Source: Hormiphora californensis (lineage: Eukaryota > Animalia > Ctenophora). Taken from it: 64,000 nucleotides of DNA. How positions within the stretch are numbered: the stretch's first letter is position 1; each line of letters starts with the position of its first letter. Position numbers and translations under genes: made by a program. Where the stretch lies: NCBI GenBank assembly GCA_020137815.1, contig CM035354.1, positions 620,001 through 684,000 of the forward strand, read 5' to 3'. Below, one piece after another: positions 24,800 through 64,000 of this stretch. The notes under the pieces were generated by a model, which was given only the letters and a program-made list of their open reading frames with translations, was not told the DNA's origin and did not search any database.

Positions 24800-26514
24800 T
24801 TAAAGCGCGGTTTGAGAGAAAGTACTACCGGCCGCGGTTCCAACCTTATTACGAGGGTTAGTCCACCGTATCTCACCATCTGTCCTCCGCAAACAACTCC
24901 ACTTTGTAACCAACACCACACACCATCGCCGAATCGCACTGATCCGCCAGAAGTAAAGGAGACAATTAGCGACAGCATTTATTGCCACCATGTGTACAGC
25001 TACAAAGTTCCTAAAGTACAACCCGTTACCATCAAATGATAACATCCCTGTTGGTTTGTACAATTCAAATGTCCCCAATATCTCATACACCACTAGGGGT
25101 ATGTTACAGACGAGGTAGAGAATTGTAAAAAGTACAACAGTAACAGTTGCAGCTGCTTTCTTGCAGTTGTACCCGCTGCTACTACAGCCTCCCTGGGCGG
25201 GCACTTGGCAGGTGTGGAGCTTCATGACTGATAGGGCACATGACACCAGGATAGGTAAAATTGGAGCGCAGAACTCAACCAGGATGAGACACGCGTAGAA
25301 CATGATAAATTCAGGGGATCTCGGGTCAAATATTTCGTGGAGAAGTGAGAAGCATTGGACGCAGGCGCTGTTGTAGGAGTAAGTTTTTTCATACCAGAAT
25401 GGGACAAGGGCTTGGAATAGGATTAATCCAATGTAGAGGGATGTTAGGATGCGGATCAATCGCGGTTTCACTTGTCCGCGGAATGGCAGGATTAGACAGA
25501 CGGTCCGGGATATCGTTAGTGTTGCTACCAGAAACACAGATAACCTGAAATTATATAGTTTGATCAGACACTTTTAGATTTCTTTGTAGGGTCATCCGAT
25601 TCTGTTTTATAGTAGGAGTGGTTAGATCAGCACGTGCCAAAAGTCGTGCGCCATCTAACCGCTCCTTAAATGTTTTTGCCCGCCAAATGGCAGACATGAG
25701 ACAGTCTCCCATAACTGCTATCCCACTCCCTCAATTGTTCCAAGGCGTCTCATTCTAACCCTTATTACTCGATATGCACTGCTGCACTCAGCGTATGCAC
25801 ATCTGGTTGATTATCGTGAGCCGTTTTAATGTCCCTGACCCCTAAAATGAGGTGCTAACAAGCCCTCACTTTCGGGTCGTTTAGATGTCCCAGCCCGATG
25901 TTTTGGTACCCCCAAGTCACGTTTATCCTCTCAACTTTAACCCTAGTCACGAAATAGTGACGAAGTGAGAGAAATTATCAGGAGTTGAGTACTGTGTAAA
26001 GTACCTGAATAGAACTAGCCAGGTGACACCCCACAGGTTACAAAAGAATGTGTTGGCGAAGAGGAGTGGTTGGCGATGGTAGAAGTAAGATGCTGTTACG
26101 GGAACCATAGAGAGGCAGATCAGCAAGTCAGTTACCGCGATCATGGAGTAGATTAAACCTGAAATTAGTGAGCGAGTTAATTAGTAATTAGTGTGAAGTA
26201 TTAATATCCCAAACAAAACGCACTAAATTATCAGGAGATATTGATTCTTTGAAACTTGAAAAGTTCAAAATGATGATCTTGAGTCGCTTGAGACTGTTTC
26301 CGTGCTACTTTGAAAGAACAATTCAATAGCCTTTTTATTTTATTTTATCGGGGAGAGCTAGAGAGGGTCGAACATTGAACAATGGCTAACCTGGAGTAAG
26401 ATGTTTCCGTTTGGAGAAGTAGGAGAGTGCCAGAGCGTTCCCTGGAACTCCAATCAGTACACAAATCAGAAGGAGCACTCCGTACAACAAATCCATCGGC
26501 TTGTTTACCTCCAT
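24800..26514 (-). CDS. Class A GPCR 2, three coding exons (26514-26391, about 26158-26005, about 25544-24800)
   Basis: GVPGN, AVTDLL, FCNLWG, TISRT, CNIP, NAVANCLLY; GT-AG junctions; paralogous to GPCR 1. Confidence 0.82.
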
Positions 26515-27019
26515 TTCTACTGTAGTTGCAATACATATTAGGTACAGATGCGTGTCAAGTTGGCAGTCAGCAAACTAAAAGCAACTGTCTGAATGAAATA
26601 TAGTTCGGTACAAAGGACACAGCAAGTATAAAACTCGGACAAACAGCAGGGACTGTTATAGGAAACATGGAGATGTTTACAGAATTAAGCAATTTTGAAA
26701 TTTACCGACGGCCATTATGTAACTACGGGAATCGGGAAATCATTGTGTCGGGGGCCGTACTACAGTAGTATATTTTCTAGATCACCCTGTCAGAGCATTG
26801 GCCTGTACCGAAAGAGATCACCTGTACTGTCAGAGATCACCTGTGTGTGTGTTAGGTACTCATGACTGCAGCAGACTATAGAGTTGGAATGTATGGATAT
26901 TAATTAACTGGGATAGTTGTCTACGGAGATGGGGAAGCGGAGGGAGAGGGGGAACGGAGGAAGAGGGGGAACCTTAGTAGATTCGGTAGAAATATACAGC
27001 TGGCTGTAATTTGTAGTCG

Positions 27020-27400
27020 GCATTGCAGTCAGGAATGTTGGCTAGAAACGTGTCTAGTTCAGCTTTGACACTTTCGGTGTTTTCCTAATCTTTAACTCAA
27101 TAACTCGGGCTGGTATGACATTAAGGAGCCCGATTGCCGACGAGACAAAAGAGTTGAAGATTAGGGCCAGGACACTTTTCTGACTTTGGATTTCGGGAGA
27201 CATCTTCCGATACAAGACTATGCCTGATAGATTTGTGGAAGTTGATGCCGGTTTGGTTTGGGATGATACCGTTGGCCATTTTCCATTGTATCTATCTCTT
27301 CTCCGCTGTAGAGAGTACGTTTCCCAGTAGCCAAGCTGATCAATTCCCTGCGCTGCTTCGAGCCTCTGGATACATCTCCTATGCTGTGTGGTGACTACTA
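27020..27400 (-). mobile_element. Degenerate 3' fragment of a CR1/L2-type LINE
   Basis: Minus strand encodes YSLQRRRDRY...WKMANGIIPN...LLNVIP...KAELDTFLANIPD, typical of the CR1-group ORF2 C-terminus. Confidence 0.65.
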
Positions 27401-27607
27401 AGAGGCAACACTCGAGGATAGAATATAAAGCTAGAAGATGATGGGAGTCTCGGGGGAGGGGAAGCGGAGGAATATTGTACTACTAGAGAGACTAGATAGA
27501 GAGACTAGATAGAGAGCACAGGGGAGGAACTAGGGTATCATGGTGCTGCAGATCCTTACTGAACTATGACGGGAATGGCATACTAGTCAAGGGAGGGAGA
27601 GAGAGAG

Positions 27608-27706
<99 letters not shown>

Positions 27707-27854
27707 GAGAGAGAGAGAGAGAGAGATGAAGTAGGACAACGACATATTACATGAGGGCCGGTTATTCCCAGATTGACAGTAACGAACGCATAGTGCCATA
27801 GTAAATGCATAAGATAGACAGAAATTACAAGTACTCGCTCGACCCCTTTACGCA

Positions 27855-27904
<50 letters not shown>

Positions 27905-29005
27905 CTCTCTCTCCCTCGACCCCGATTCAGGACAAAAGAGAATGACAGGTGGATGGTGCACCTGTACCAAGAGGCAAGAAAGAGAGATAGAGAGAGATGG
28001 ACGGTCCACTTAAAATTGACCTCTCATTTTCTCCCTCTTCGGCCCCTGTGCTTTAGACGTCATATGTGGATCCACCATTGTTACTAGGTGCTAAGTGGTG
28101 TTTCAGTGCAGTTCCACCGTTTCAGATACAGAACTAAAAAGTTATGGATGAGATGGATTCTTAAAAGAGCGATTCCGTAGCACGGACACAGCTGTCAGAG
28201 CATTAGACAGGGACACAGTGTCACGCGACTTTGCCCAAAAAGGTAAAACAATGCGTTGGATAGGGGAGAGCCGTATCGCTTGGTGTCAAAGAAGAAGTTC
28301 TCTAATAAGATAATAGTGTGTCTGAAGAACAGCACTCCAATTAAAATGTTTGTACAGAAGGTCTTTAGTCGTTGCTCCTACTTTTATAGGTCAAGAGCTT
28401 ATAATTGTCATTCAGATGACTGCAGCAGGGTCATCCCATTCTCGATCTTGGTCGTAGCACAATGGTGTTAAAAACAGGTGCGTAGATTGAATGTCAACAA
28501 ACATATATTATTCAACAAACATATTAATGACATATTACTATTGTATATTACTTGTTGAGTAAGAGGTGGACTCAACAAACATATTACTAATTGTAGGTCC
28601 CTGATCTAGTGATCTCTGCTCCGCAACTCAATCCCTGGCTCGATCTGGATCTGGTAAAGAACACTGCGTGTCTGAAGTGAATTGTTGCTTCAGGGAGTGA
28701 TGTTGGGTGGGGGGGGGGGCTACCTATCATGGGGGGATGATTCAGGGAGTATATTATACTGATAGGTAGTTGTTGATTGGTAGGGTGCTGCAACTGTTAT
28801 ACCCTACCAGTATCAAGCAGTACTGCTGCTCGTTTGGGTGGGTCTCCTGTTTGGAAATTGTAAGTTAAATTTTAATGATCGAGTTCTTTTAAAAGATTGA
28901 GGGAACTGAGTCAGTGGGTCTAGCCTGCTTTAAAATATTTTTATTGTAGACCTCCAGAGAGATCTCGAAGTCGTCCCTGGGACGTCTCCCAGAGACGTCC
29001 CAGCT

Positions 29006-29119
29006 TTGACATGTTCCTTGTCTGTCAGCTCTCACACCGGGCCGAAAGCTCGGTGTGAGCTTACGCGACCCCGAAGAGGCGCTTAAAGTGCTGAACAGAC
29101 AGACTGCGTAGCATGGCAA
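29006..29119. mobile_element. ~100-bp hairpin-rich element with 8-bp TSD, copy 1
   Basis: Ends TTGACATG / CATGGCAA; TSD TCCCAGCT at 28998-29005 and 29120-29127. Confidence 0.85.
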
Positions 29120-29926
29120 TCCCAGCTGAGGGGTTAACCCGAGTTATAATTGTAGATACACCGCCTGGGAATTTATGCACTATTCTGGCGATAGATTTCG
29201 TCTCTGGCGATTTTTCTTTTATAATCCCCCAGCGGGGAGCTATCTGCATTCTGGCCTCTGGGAGATCTCCCGGAGACGTCTCCGGGAGGCGGGAGATCTC
29301 CGGGGATGCAAGGGAGGCCGTGAAAATGACATTGCGTCGCGCGCGGCGACAGAGAAGAAGCGAAAGAGCGCATTGGCACCAAACTCTCCCTCCCCGCGCA
29401 CCTTGTGGTGTAGAGGTTTGACCCCGACTCTACATCTCCTTGCCCAGTTGTCATAGCAACCGTTACCAATAGCAACCACTGTACTACGGAAATTATACCA
29501 GTTTACCCTCAGTCGTTCTCTTATGCGTGTACTATGTGTACTAGCGAGTGTTGTTATATTGTCCATCAATCCATCGCGTTTGTATTTATTGAATTTTCTG
29601 ATTCCCATTCCAACTTTCCCTTTACTTTGATTCTCTGTAGCCCGTATGTCAGTGGTAGGTCTCATGCAGTGACGATGCAGCCGGTCTTTTCCTCCCAGTA
29701 ACACTATCTCCAATATGTGCCCTGGAAATTCTATTAAAACAGGTGAGAGAGAGTGAGAGAGAGATAGAGAGAGAGAGAGAGATTCTGATTCTTAGGTCTT
29801 GATGGGGAGAGGGTGTTTGAAGATAATCGCATCAAAGAGAGAGAGAGTGAGAGAGCATGATGTTGATTCCCACTGCCTTTTACCGACTCTTTCTACACTC
29901 GCTCTCCTCCTGACGATCCTATTACC

Positions 29927-56798
<26,872 letters not shown>

Positions 56799-59785
56799 GT
56801 AAGATTGGCTTCTCCTATCGCAATTAGGAGAGAGGGAGGTGGATAGCAAGGGTGGAATAGAGAAAGAGGGAGGGAGAATTAAGTAACTAAAAAAGACTGG
56901 GAAAAGACTAGCTGCACAACTCAGAACAATCAGCAATTGAGCAATGTATTTCCAAGAACTATATAACAACTTTTAACAATGCAATATAACATTCTCTCTA
57001 CACATAATTTAGGAATAATCATTCAGACTAGAGGGCCGGGGGGGGGGGTGTTCAATGAACACTGTTCATTGTGATCGTCACGCCACGGGGCACGACGCAC
57101 ACATGTATCATGCGGTGTTGGGACGTGAACGATTGGCGCCAATATCTCAACGCATATTGGGAGATCAGGGCGAGTGAAAAGATTCCAAACATATGTGGGA
57201 TATTATCTTGCATTTGTTATGAATGAGGAATATGTTGTAGATATTATAGGTCTTGCGACTCTGGGGGTGGGAGGGAGGGAGGGGCGGCCTGCTCATCAAA
57301 TGATGAAAGGCGTGTAAAGGTCCGATCACGCGGCAAGATATGTAATGGGGGGAATAATTTGGACCACTTTACCATGATAGGAAACCCTATTACAATATCA
57401 TAATATAGTAATTTCGTATGAACAATATACAAATAGGAGCGGACTTCATCAACAAATAAAACCAAGGAATTGGTGGCTAGCTACCCCTTCTGCAGTCCAA
57501 GCAATTTCGCAGTGGTTCTATGATTGGATGAATGAAGCTCACTCACGTCTCACTAGCTTAAAGAATTCTTCATGCTGAGCTCCAATATATCTCTAGATAC
57601 TATATATGGGGTTCTTGGCTCATTCTTGGCTCAACCCAATTGTGGGGATGGATATGAAAGTACTGCTGTTTAGTTATGTAGCAACAAGGGTAGAGTAACC
57701 TGCAGCACAGTGCTGAGCACTCATCAAATCAAATATTGGTTTAGTAAACTATTAAACTAAACTCAGTAAACAAAGCTCTCTCTCAGTAAAGCATGTACTA
57801 CTATGTACTCATTTGTTTTGTTCAACCCCAGAGAGGGTGATCGAATACTACTCATCAGGTTTGGTACCATGCTTTGTTTGAGAGCCCACACACTAACTTG
57901 CAACTTGGCTCCATTGCAACCTGTTCTCGCTCCGTAATAGAATAGAATAGAATAGAATAAAATTCAAGAGGAAAAGAGCCAAAACATAATGGCTGTGCCA
58001 TCCTGCACAGTAGGGGGGGGGGAAACACAGATGGGCCCAGCGACTGCCAGATCAGCAAGGCTCCCGCGTGCCTGTCCCTCCGCGAAACCGATTGATTTGC
58101 GACGAGGCACACACACGGCAGCATTACTATTTACCGGTCTCTACTCAGGCAGACGCTGGGAACATCGAGATCCACACACGCCCTAACCAGGAATAGTTGA
58201 CGTATGTGAGATCGATCTCACTCAGGTATCAATGTGGCCAAGCTTGCCACCACCGTATTCACCACGATCAAATGGAGCAGCCAACACAGAATATTATTCA
58301 AACTATGCTTGTAATGTTGCAAGCAGCACTGCATCCTGTAAAGATCATTTCCCAGATCGTTTCAACTCGTCAAGCTCCAGTATCTAATTTTCAAATCAAA
58401 TTAAGCTGGTATTAATCACGGTGGATTATAGCTTATCCCAGGCCCTGACGCCCTAAACCTATACCGGACTTGCGTTACCTGTCTGGCCGATTTGAGCGCA
58501 CATGTCGTTTTAAGAATCTAAACAGGGTCGCCAGACAGAGTGGGTCACCTAGGCGCGGGTGGGTTAGAGAGAGATACAATATTCTACATTGAATAGAGAC
58601 CCCCTCATTGCAACTACAGATAATATATCCCAGCTGATGCTATTGACAACACCCTCATGATAACAGGGCTGCCGAGCCCCTTCTGCAGAGTTCTATACCG
58701 TGCAGTAATTACGTGATATAGGGTGCATGCAGAATTCTGCAACTTATCATGTTATTACCCCATCATGAAACTTCTACTTGAAATGTGCCTAAACATCATT
58801 GGTACAAGATCATTGAGTGGTATACTAAGTGAACTCAACAATTATACTGCACGTAGGATAAAAAGAGCTAGGAGCTTCAGTGAAGCTGCTTCACCAGCTG
58901 GACCAGTTGTCACAACAACTATCTAACTATACGAGCTGCACCACACCACCTGTTGGTGATAAAAAGACACTCCAAACAATAATATAACAGGGGCATGCCA
59001 AATGCGACTATATCAATGGGGCCGCGTCATCGTGTTAATTGTCTCACTTCTCAAAAACTATTAGCATAAACACTCCCTGCACTTGGTTATAGAGCTGTGA
59101 GTAGTAGATAAAATGGTACTTTGACGTCACCTAAAAACGTGGTACACATTTTGAGCTCTTCTAAGTCACGTGACCAACCAATTATAACTAATTAGTGATA
59201 ATATGACAGATAATAGGTTCAAAAGTCAATATGCAACATAGATAACGTAACATATGTGCATAACATGGGTAATATTTTGGGTGAAGTTGAAGATTATTTT
59301 GGAATGTCCCAACATTTTTTGTATGTTTTTGTACAAAATAAAACTGCATTTTCTCAAATTTAAAAGCAATAAACACGTAAACACTAACAATTAAATCAAT
59401 AAAGTATAACACGACTGTTTTTTACAAAAATTACAATAATTTTGCTAAACAATAATCTGTTAATATTTGGTCAAGAAACTGTACAGACTGTGTGCATGAA
59501 GCCTGACCACAGTATTAGTCACATGCATGAAGCCTGACAGTGATCTGTACTCATCTAAGGGGAAACTCTAACTGAATGCCCGCGCAGTAATGGCGTCCCA
59601 TCACTGGTTAAAATCTAACTGATAATGGGAGTCATCACTCTGTGCGCGTCAGGATTTGCCACAAATTTTTCCAAAAAAAGGCTTTTACGTAGGGCGCGAT
59701 GACAAACACACGAGCATGGCCGCGCGTTCTTCCATCATTCCTTCCATTCAATTAGAGTTTTACCAGTGATGCGATTACGCGACAT

Positions 59786-59885
59786 NNNNNNNNNNNNNNN
59801 NNNNNNNNNNNNNNNNNNNNNNNNNNNNNNNNNNNNNNNNNNNNNNNNNNNNNNNNNNNNNNNNNNNNNNNNNNNNNNNNNNNNN
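59786..59885. other. Assembly gap (100 N)
   Basis: Run of N; contiguity across it is not guaranteed. Confidence 1.
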
Positions 59886-60949
59886 GTACTTCTTTTGAGT
59901 CCGCTTCTTTCCTCTGTATTCGCCTGAGAAAAAGGGGCGTTGTATTTTACAGATTTGGAAAAAGTTATAATTTACAATGGAGCAATAAACAGAGCCAATC
60001 GATCTTATCTAGCTACCCTATTATCTGTACACACAACACGTACCAATGATAACTCCAGGTCTAATCAACTCTGAGCGAAAGACCCCAAAACCAGCATTGG
60101 GTCTTTGATGTGTCGATCTTGATGAAAATGGGGACGGGGAAAACTTTTTGGGATCTTAGTACGGAAGCACGTACTGATCTGACAAGGTTTCCAGGTCGCA
60201 ATGTAGCTCACCGCTCAGGAAGGGAACAAGTCTTTACACCCCTCACAATCTGAATAACCAAACGGATGGGGGCCTGAATTTAATACTGCGAAATTAGCTG
60301 GACTGGGAGTTTTCTATCTAAATCGTTCTTTCCCCCGGACACTTACAAAATCATCAGTATAATAATCATCCAAAAGAGTGTATGAGATCCCGTCATTAGA
60401 TTTTCCTCACCGGGTTCCTTCTCACACTACCATCCCCTTCCTCATCTTACTGCCAAGCTTCTTCTCTTGGGGTGCAGTGCCATACCACTAAGTTTCGAGA
60501 TTTCCAGAATCCTTGCGCACTGGTTTAGAGACTTAGTCACATTATTTCATCTCCAAGAAAATCAAAATCATCTATTAATATATTTTCTCATGTATTGTTA
60601 GTGGGACTGATGTGATGGCGGTTGGTTGGCTTGGTCGAGTTGGTTGTATGCACAGACTCGGTATGTTCTGGGTATCTGTTTCAGGGGACCACTTGCATAT
60701 CTGGCATATAACAATCTCTCAAAACTATATTCAGAATATCCGCATCGGTTTATCAAACCTGATCGGGAAAAAGACGGTAGTATTACCATATTATTGTGAA
60801 GTTCAAATAGAATCTGTGAACAGAAGGTATACAGCTGTACTACTTGCTCCGATATACTGGGCACCCCGATTTACCGGTAAAACCCTTTCCCCGAGCACTC
60901 CGGTAAACCGGGGCCCAAAATGTAATTGAATAATGATCTGTTAGCACAA

Positions 60950-62200
60950 ATTCATTAAATTTCTTCATGATAATTATCTTCATTGGAAAGTGTCTTTTCG
61001 TTAGTCAACGGACATGATATCAGTAGTTATTCGGGTCAATATTAGTCAACTCCTCTACCTTCCAAAAAATCTTGCTTCAGGGGATGCGGGAAAAAGCGGG
61101 TAACAGACAAATGATTCCCGGACTTTCCAGTTTCCCTGCAACTTGCATCACTTGCAACAGAAAAAGAAAAGTGAAACTTAACTATTCATACTGAATCAAC
61201 AGTAAAAGTTCGAGAACTCAAACCTTAGATTTGCGCTCATTTAGCACGTTTAGTTTCTTCCTCCAGCAAGACAAAAGCTCTTCTGCAGTCAGGGTTCTCT
61301 CACATTTCAACGTTTCGTATTTAGATCCAGGGCTAAAATTCCAGGACATCTCTCATATCAACCAACTGTGTCCAGCAACAAACAATGAGAGATCCTTTAT
61401 GGTGACAGCAGTAATGCAGTTATATTTTATCAAAACTATTGGTATTGACTGGATTCAATATCTCGTCTAAGATCCAAGTACGGTTCTTTTGATCTTGTTA
61501 ACCATGGGGAAAAGAGATGCATTTAGTGAATGTGTGAAGTTGTAGTGTGATAAAAAATAACAAACTTGAGGAATTCGACAAAAGTTGGTTTAAAAACTAC
61601 CACTCACTTTCTAGCACTGTGAATGAGGTGTTGTGGTACTCTCCACGTCCTCCAGTTCTTGTTTATTAGAACTGGAGGATAGTGCCACAGAGGACACGTT
61701 CCTTCCGACTTGGGACGGGAGAATTCAGGAGTTGAAGCAGGGTTTGCACGGGATTGTCCCTCTCTGGATCGGTTCATCTCTCTTCTAGAGATTCTAAACC
61801 CCTGGTGTCTTTTCATAGCTTCTTGAATGAAATAAGGATAGAAGTGTTACATCATGGTGATACAGTAGTGAGATGAAAATATTGTTATGTTCTACCCTCC
61901 CTTTACATGTGTAAGGGCGCACCGAAACAGGGTCTAGCTAGGCAAAGAAAAAGTATAATTTGTTGAACTTAACATCTTTCAAGTATGCCTATCTTTAGCC
62001 CAGGAAAGAGGGACGGTATTAGGTGTTAAAAGTGGCTGTCAGTGTGAGAGCAGACCACTTTCAAACCATCTTCTCCCGTTTTGGTAGATTTCTGAAACCT
62101 CTGTAATTCGTACTCGGTTGACTGTCTTCAAAGTACCGATCCTTCGTACACTTTCCAAACCATGGCTAAACGAAGGTGATCATGTTATAATCTGCTAAGT
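60950..62200 (-). pseudogene. Possible degenerate DNA transposase remnant (Zator/TP36-like)
   Basis: Only a VAGHSWL...ERC.GIL.L.L stretch at about 61320-61385 resembles the GHSW.N..ER motif; heavily frameshifted. Confidence 0.25.
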
Positions 62201-62711
62201 GAGTTCAGCTGGTGGAAAGTTTGCATAAACATAGACAAGCTGTGAAAAAGATAGGGTACGTTTCACTTGGATAGTGATGTAGAGGGAGCAGAAGCTTGTT
62301 CAAGGTTGTTTGAGAGAAAGTAAAATTATTGAGCTTCACAATTATTGAAAATAAGTTGATTAGAAGTTTTATGGGACAACTGAGACAATTATTTTATTCC
62401 AGGAAATTAAATCACACGGACGGGTTTCGTCGAAAACATCGAATCATAGGCTGCTAAAAAAAAACTAAGGTCACATAATTAATGTCTAATATTCTAACCG
62501 TCGTGTGATTTATTTCTGGAATAAAGTTTAAGTGTCTCAGTTGTCAATAACTTTTCAATCAACTATTGAAGATGAGACTTCATATCAAGCGTGGCAACAA
62601 CCTGAAACTTTCTAATTATGACAATACTAATAATAACAAGAATAAAGTGACCTCGATTTGTAACAAAATAATCGCTACACCCGATCCAACACCCCGAACC
62701 TAACCCATTGT

Positions 62712-62852
62712 CATGTACAGACTACAGCCAACAAACATGTACAGACTACAGCCAACAACATGTACAGACTACAGCCAACAACATGTACAGACTACAGCCA
62801 ACAACATGTACAGACTACAGCCAACAACATGTACAGACTACAGCCAACAACA
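62712..62852. repeat. 23-bp tandem repeat x6 (CATGTACAGACTACAGCCAACAA)
   Basis: Directly visible. Confidence 0.95.
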
Positions 62853-62945
62853 TCAACACATCACTTAACTTTCACGGATCAAAGTTCATGGTTCCTCCCC
62901 ATGTGAGTGATATCATCAACTCAAGGTTTCTGTTGACAGATAAAC

Positions 62946-63180
62946 TCATGTCTCCTTTGCATCTCCAGCCTGAGTAAACCTTCTCTCACAGTAAGAGCAG
63001 GAAAAGGGTTTCTCCCCTGTGTGTATCCTCATGTGTCTGGTTAGAAGCGCCTTTCCGACCAAACCCCTTACCCACACACCGACACTTGTGTGGTTGTGCA
63101 CCTGAGTGTACCAGTTGGTGTGTCTTGTAAACACCTTCCTGTGTAAACCCCTTACCACAGTATTCACACTGAAACGGCCC
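62946..63180 (-). pseudogene. Three tandem C2H2 zinc fingers, frameshifted (exon of a ZNF gene or remnant)
   Basis: [11 protein letters not shown]...HQLVHSG.QPHKC and [23 protein letters not shown]. Confidence 0.7.
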
Positions 63181-64000
63181 GTTACCCACTGACAGTGTCA
63201 AAGTATCTCAATACGGACAGGATTCCTGAATTTTTTCAAAAATTTGACTAGGATGGGAAACAAATTTTTCTATTTTAAGAATAAGTTTCAACGCATTGAT
63301 TATTTAAAAAAACTAGATTATTATCTAAAAAACAAAACATTTAAAAAAAAAGGGGGGGGTCCAGCCCTAAAAAAAAAGCTAAGGTTACCGATTTGGTCGA
63401 TGGTTTTTTAATTTTAGCTTTTTGAGCTTTTTTTAGCTTTTTTTAGCTTTTTTTAGCCCTTACTTTTTATGTTTTTCAGCATTCATATTGCACTTTCATT
63501 AAATTTTCATCTTCCGGACGTCTATTGACTGCATTGTTCATTTCATGCACATTTTCCATAATCTACCGTTTAGTCAATAATAGCAATTTCTGTATCCCCT
63601 ACTGCCATTTTTGGAGCCATTTTTTCGAGAAAAATATATTCCAAATGTGCTAAAAAATAGTTTTTTTTAAAAAAAGTTCAAAAAAACGTTTTAATAATAA
63701 TAATTAATAAGTAACTATGTTTATTTCCGCCCATTATCCGACAGGGGACAGGAGCAGCGGACGGGCTGTCACTGAAGGGGATGATCTGAAACGGTTAATA
63801 TTACGGTAAAGACTCGCAAAAATATCCCGAAAGAACAAAAAATAATAAAGAAAAATGAAAAAATACCACCGATACATTACTATTCGGCTCACTAAATCGG
63901 TGAACTGATTACATAACAGGATGAGTTTAGAGTACTGGAACCTCTAACAAAATGATATAAAAGTCCCGTGATTGGGAAACACAGAAAAACCATCGTGCAT

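Noticed and set aside
28950-29310. Cluster of GGAGACGTCTCC/GGAGATCTCC palindromes and overlapping ORFs
   Set aside because: Probably part of a MITE, but I could not define termini or a TSD, and the ORFs have no motifs.
63220-64000. AT-rich possible transposon end
   Set aside because: No partner terminus inside the window.

Overview
Eukaryotic (animal) genomic DNA with GT-AG introns, (GA)n microsatellites and a 100-N scaffold gap at 59786-59885. The small hAT- and pogo-type repeats resemble, from memory, those abundant in the ctenophore Pleurobrachia; this assignment is inference only. Host genes: LRSAM1-like (-), with an F-type lectin gene nested in an intron; METTL9 (-); a large multi-TIR/beta-barrel/EF-hand/CaaX gene (+); IFT88 (+); three divergent class-A GPCRs (-); a FAM81-like gene (+) with a 25-kb intron; and C2H2 zinc-finger remnants. 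The 25-kb intron holds the most unusual material. (1) A non-autonomous Polinton/Maverick (AGTAG...CTACT, 6-bp TSD) has long TIRs that each carry an F-box gene. Its right TIR is interrupted by a Helitron, which contains a second 7.4-kb Maverick with integrase, ATPase, protease, MCP and penton but no room for a DNA polymerase, plus a hAT MITE and further nested elements. (2) An insertion of about 6.7 apparently identical copies of a highly base-paired 415-nt unit is circularly permuted, partly inverted and flanked by a 16-bp TSD, which looks like a rolling-circle copy of a small circular RNA with no ribozyme I can recognise. Several zones (about 3730-4530, 12700-13710, 23900-23990, 34860-36100, 37050-44430, 59890-63200) are rich in 1-bp indels that may be consensus errors rather than decay.
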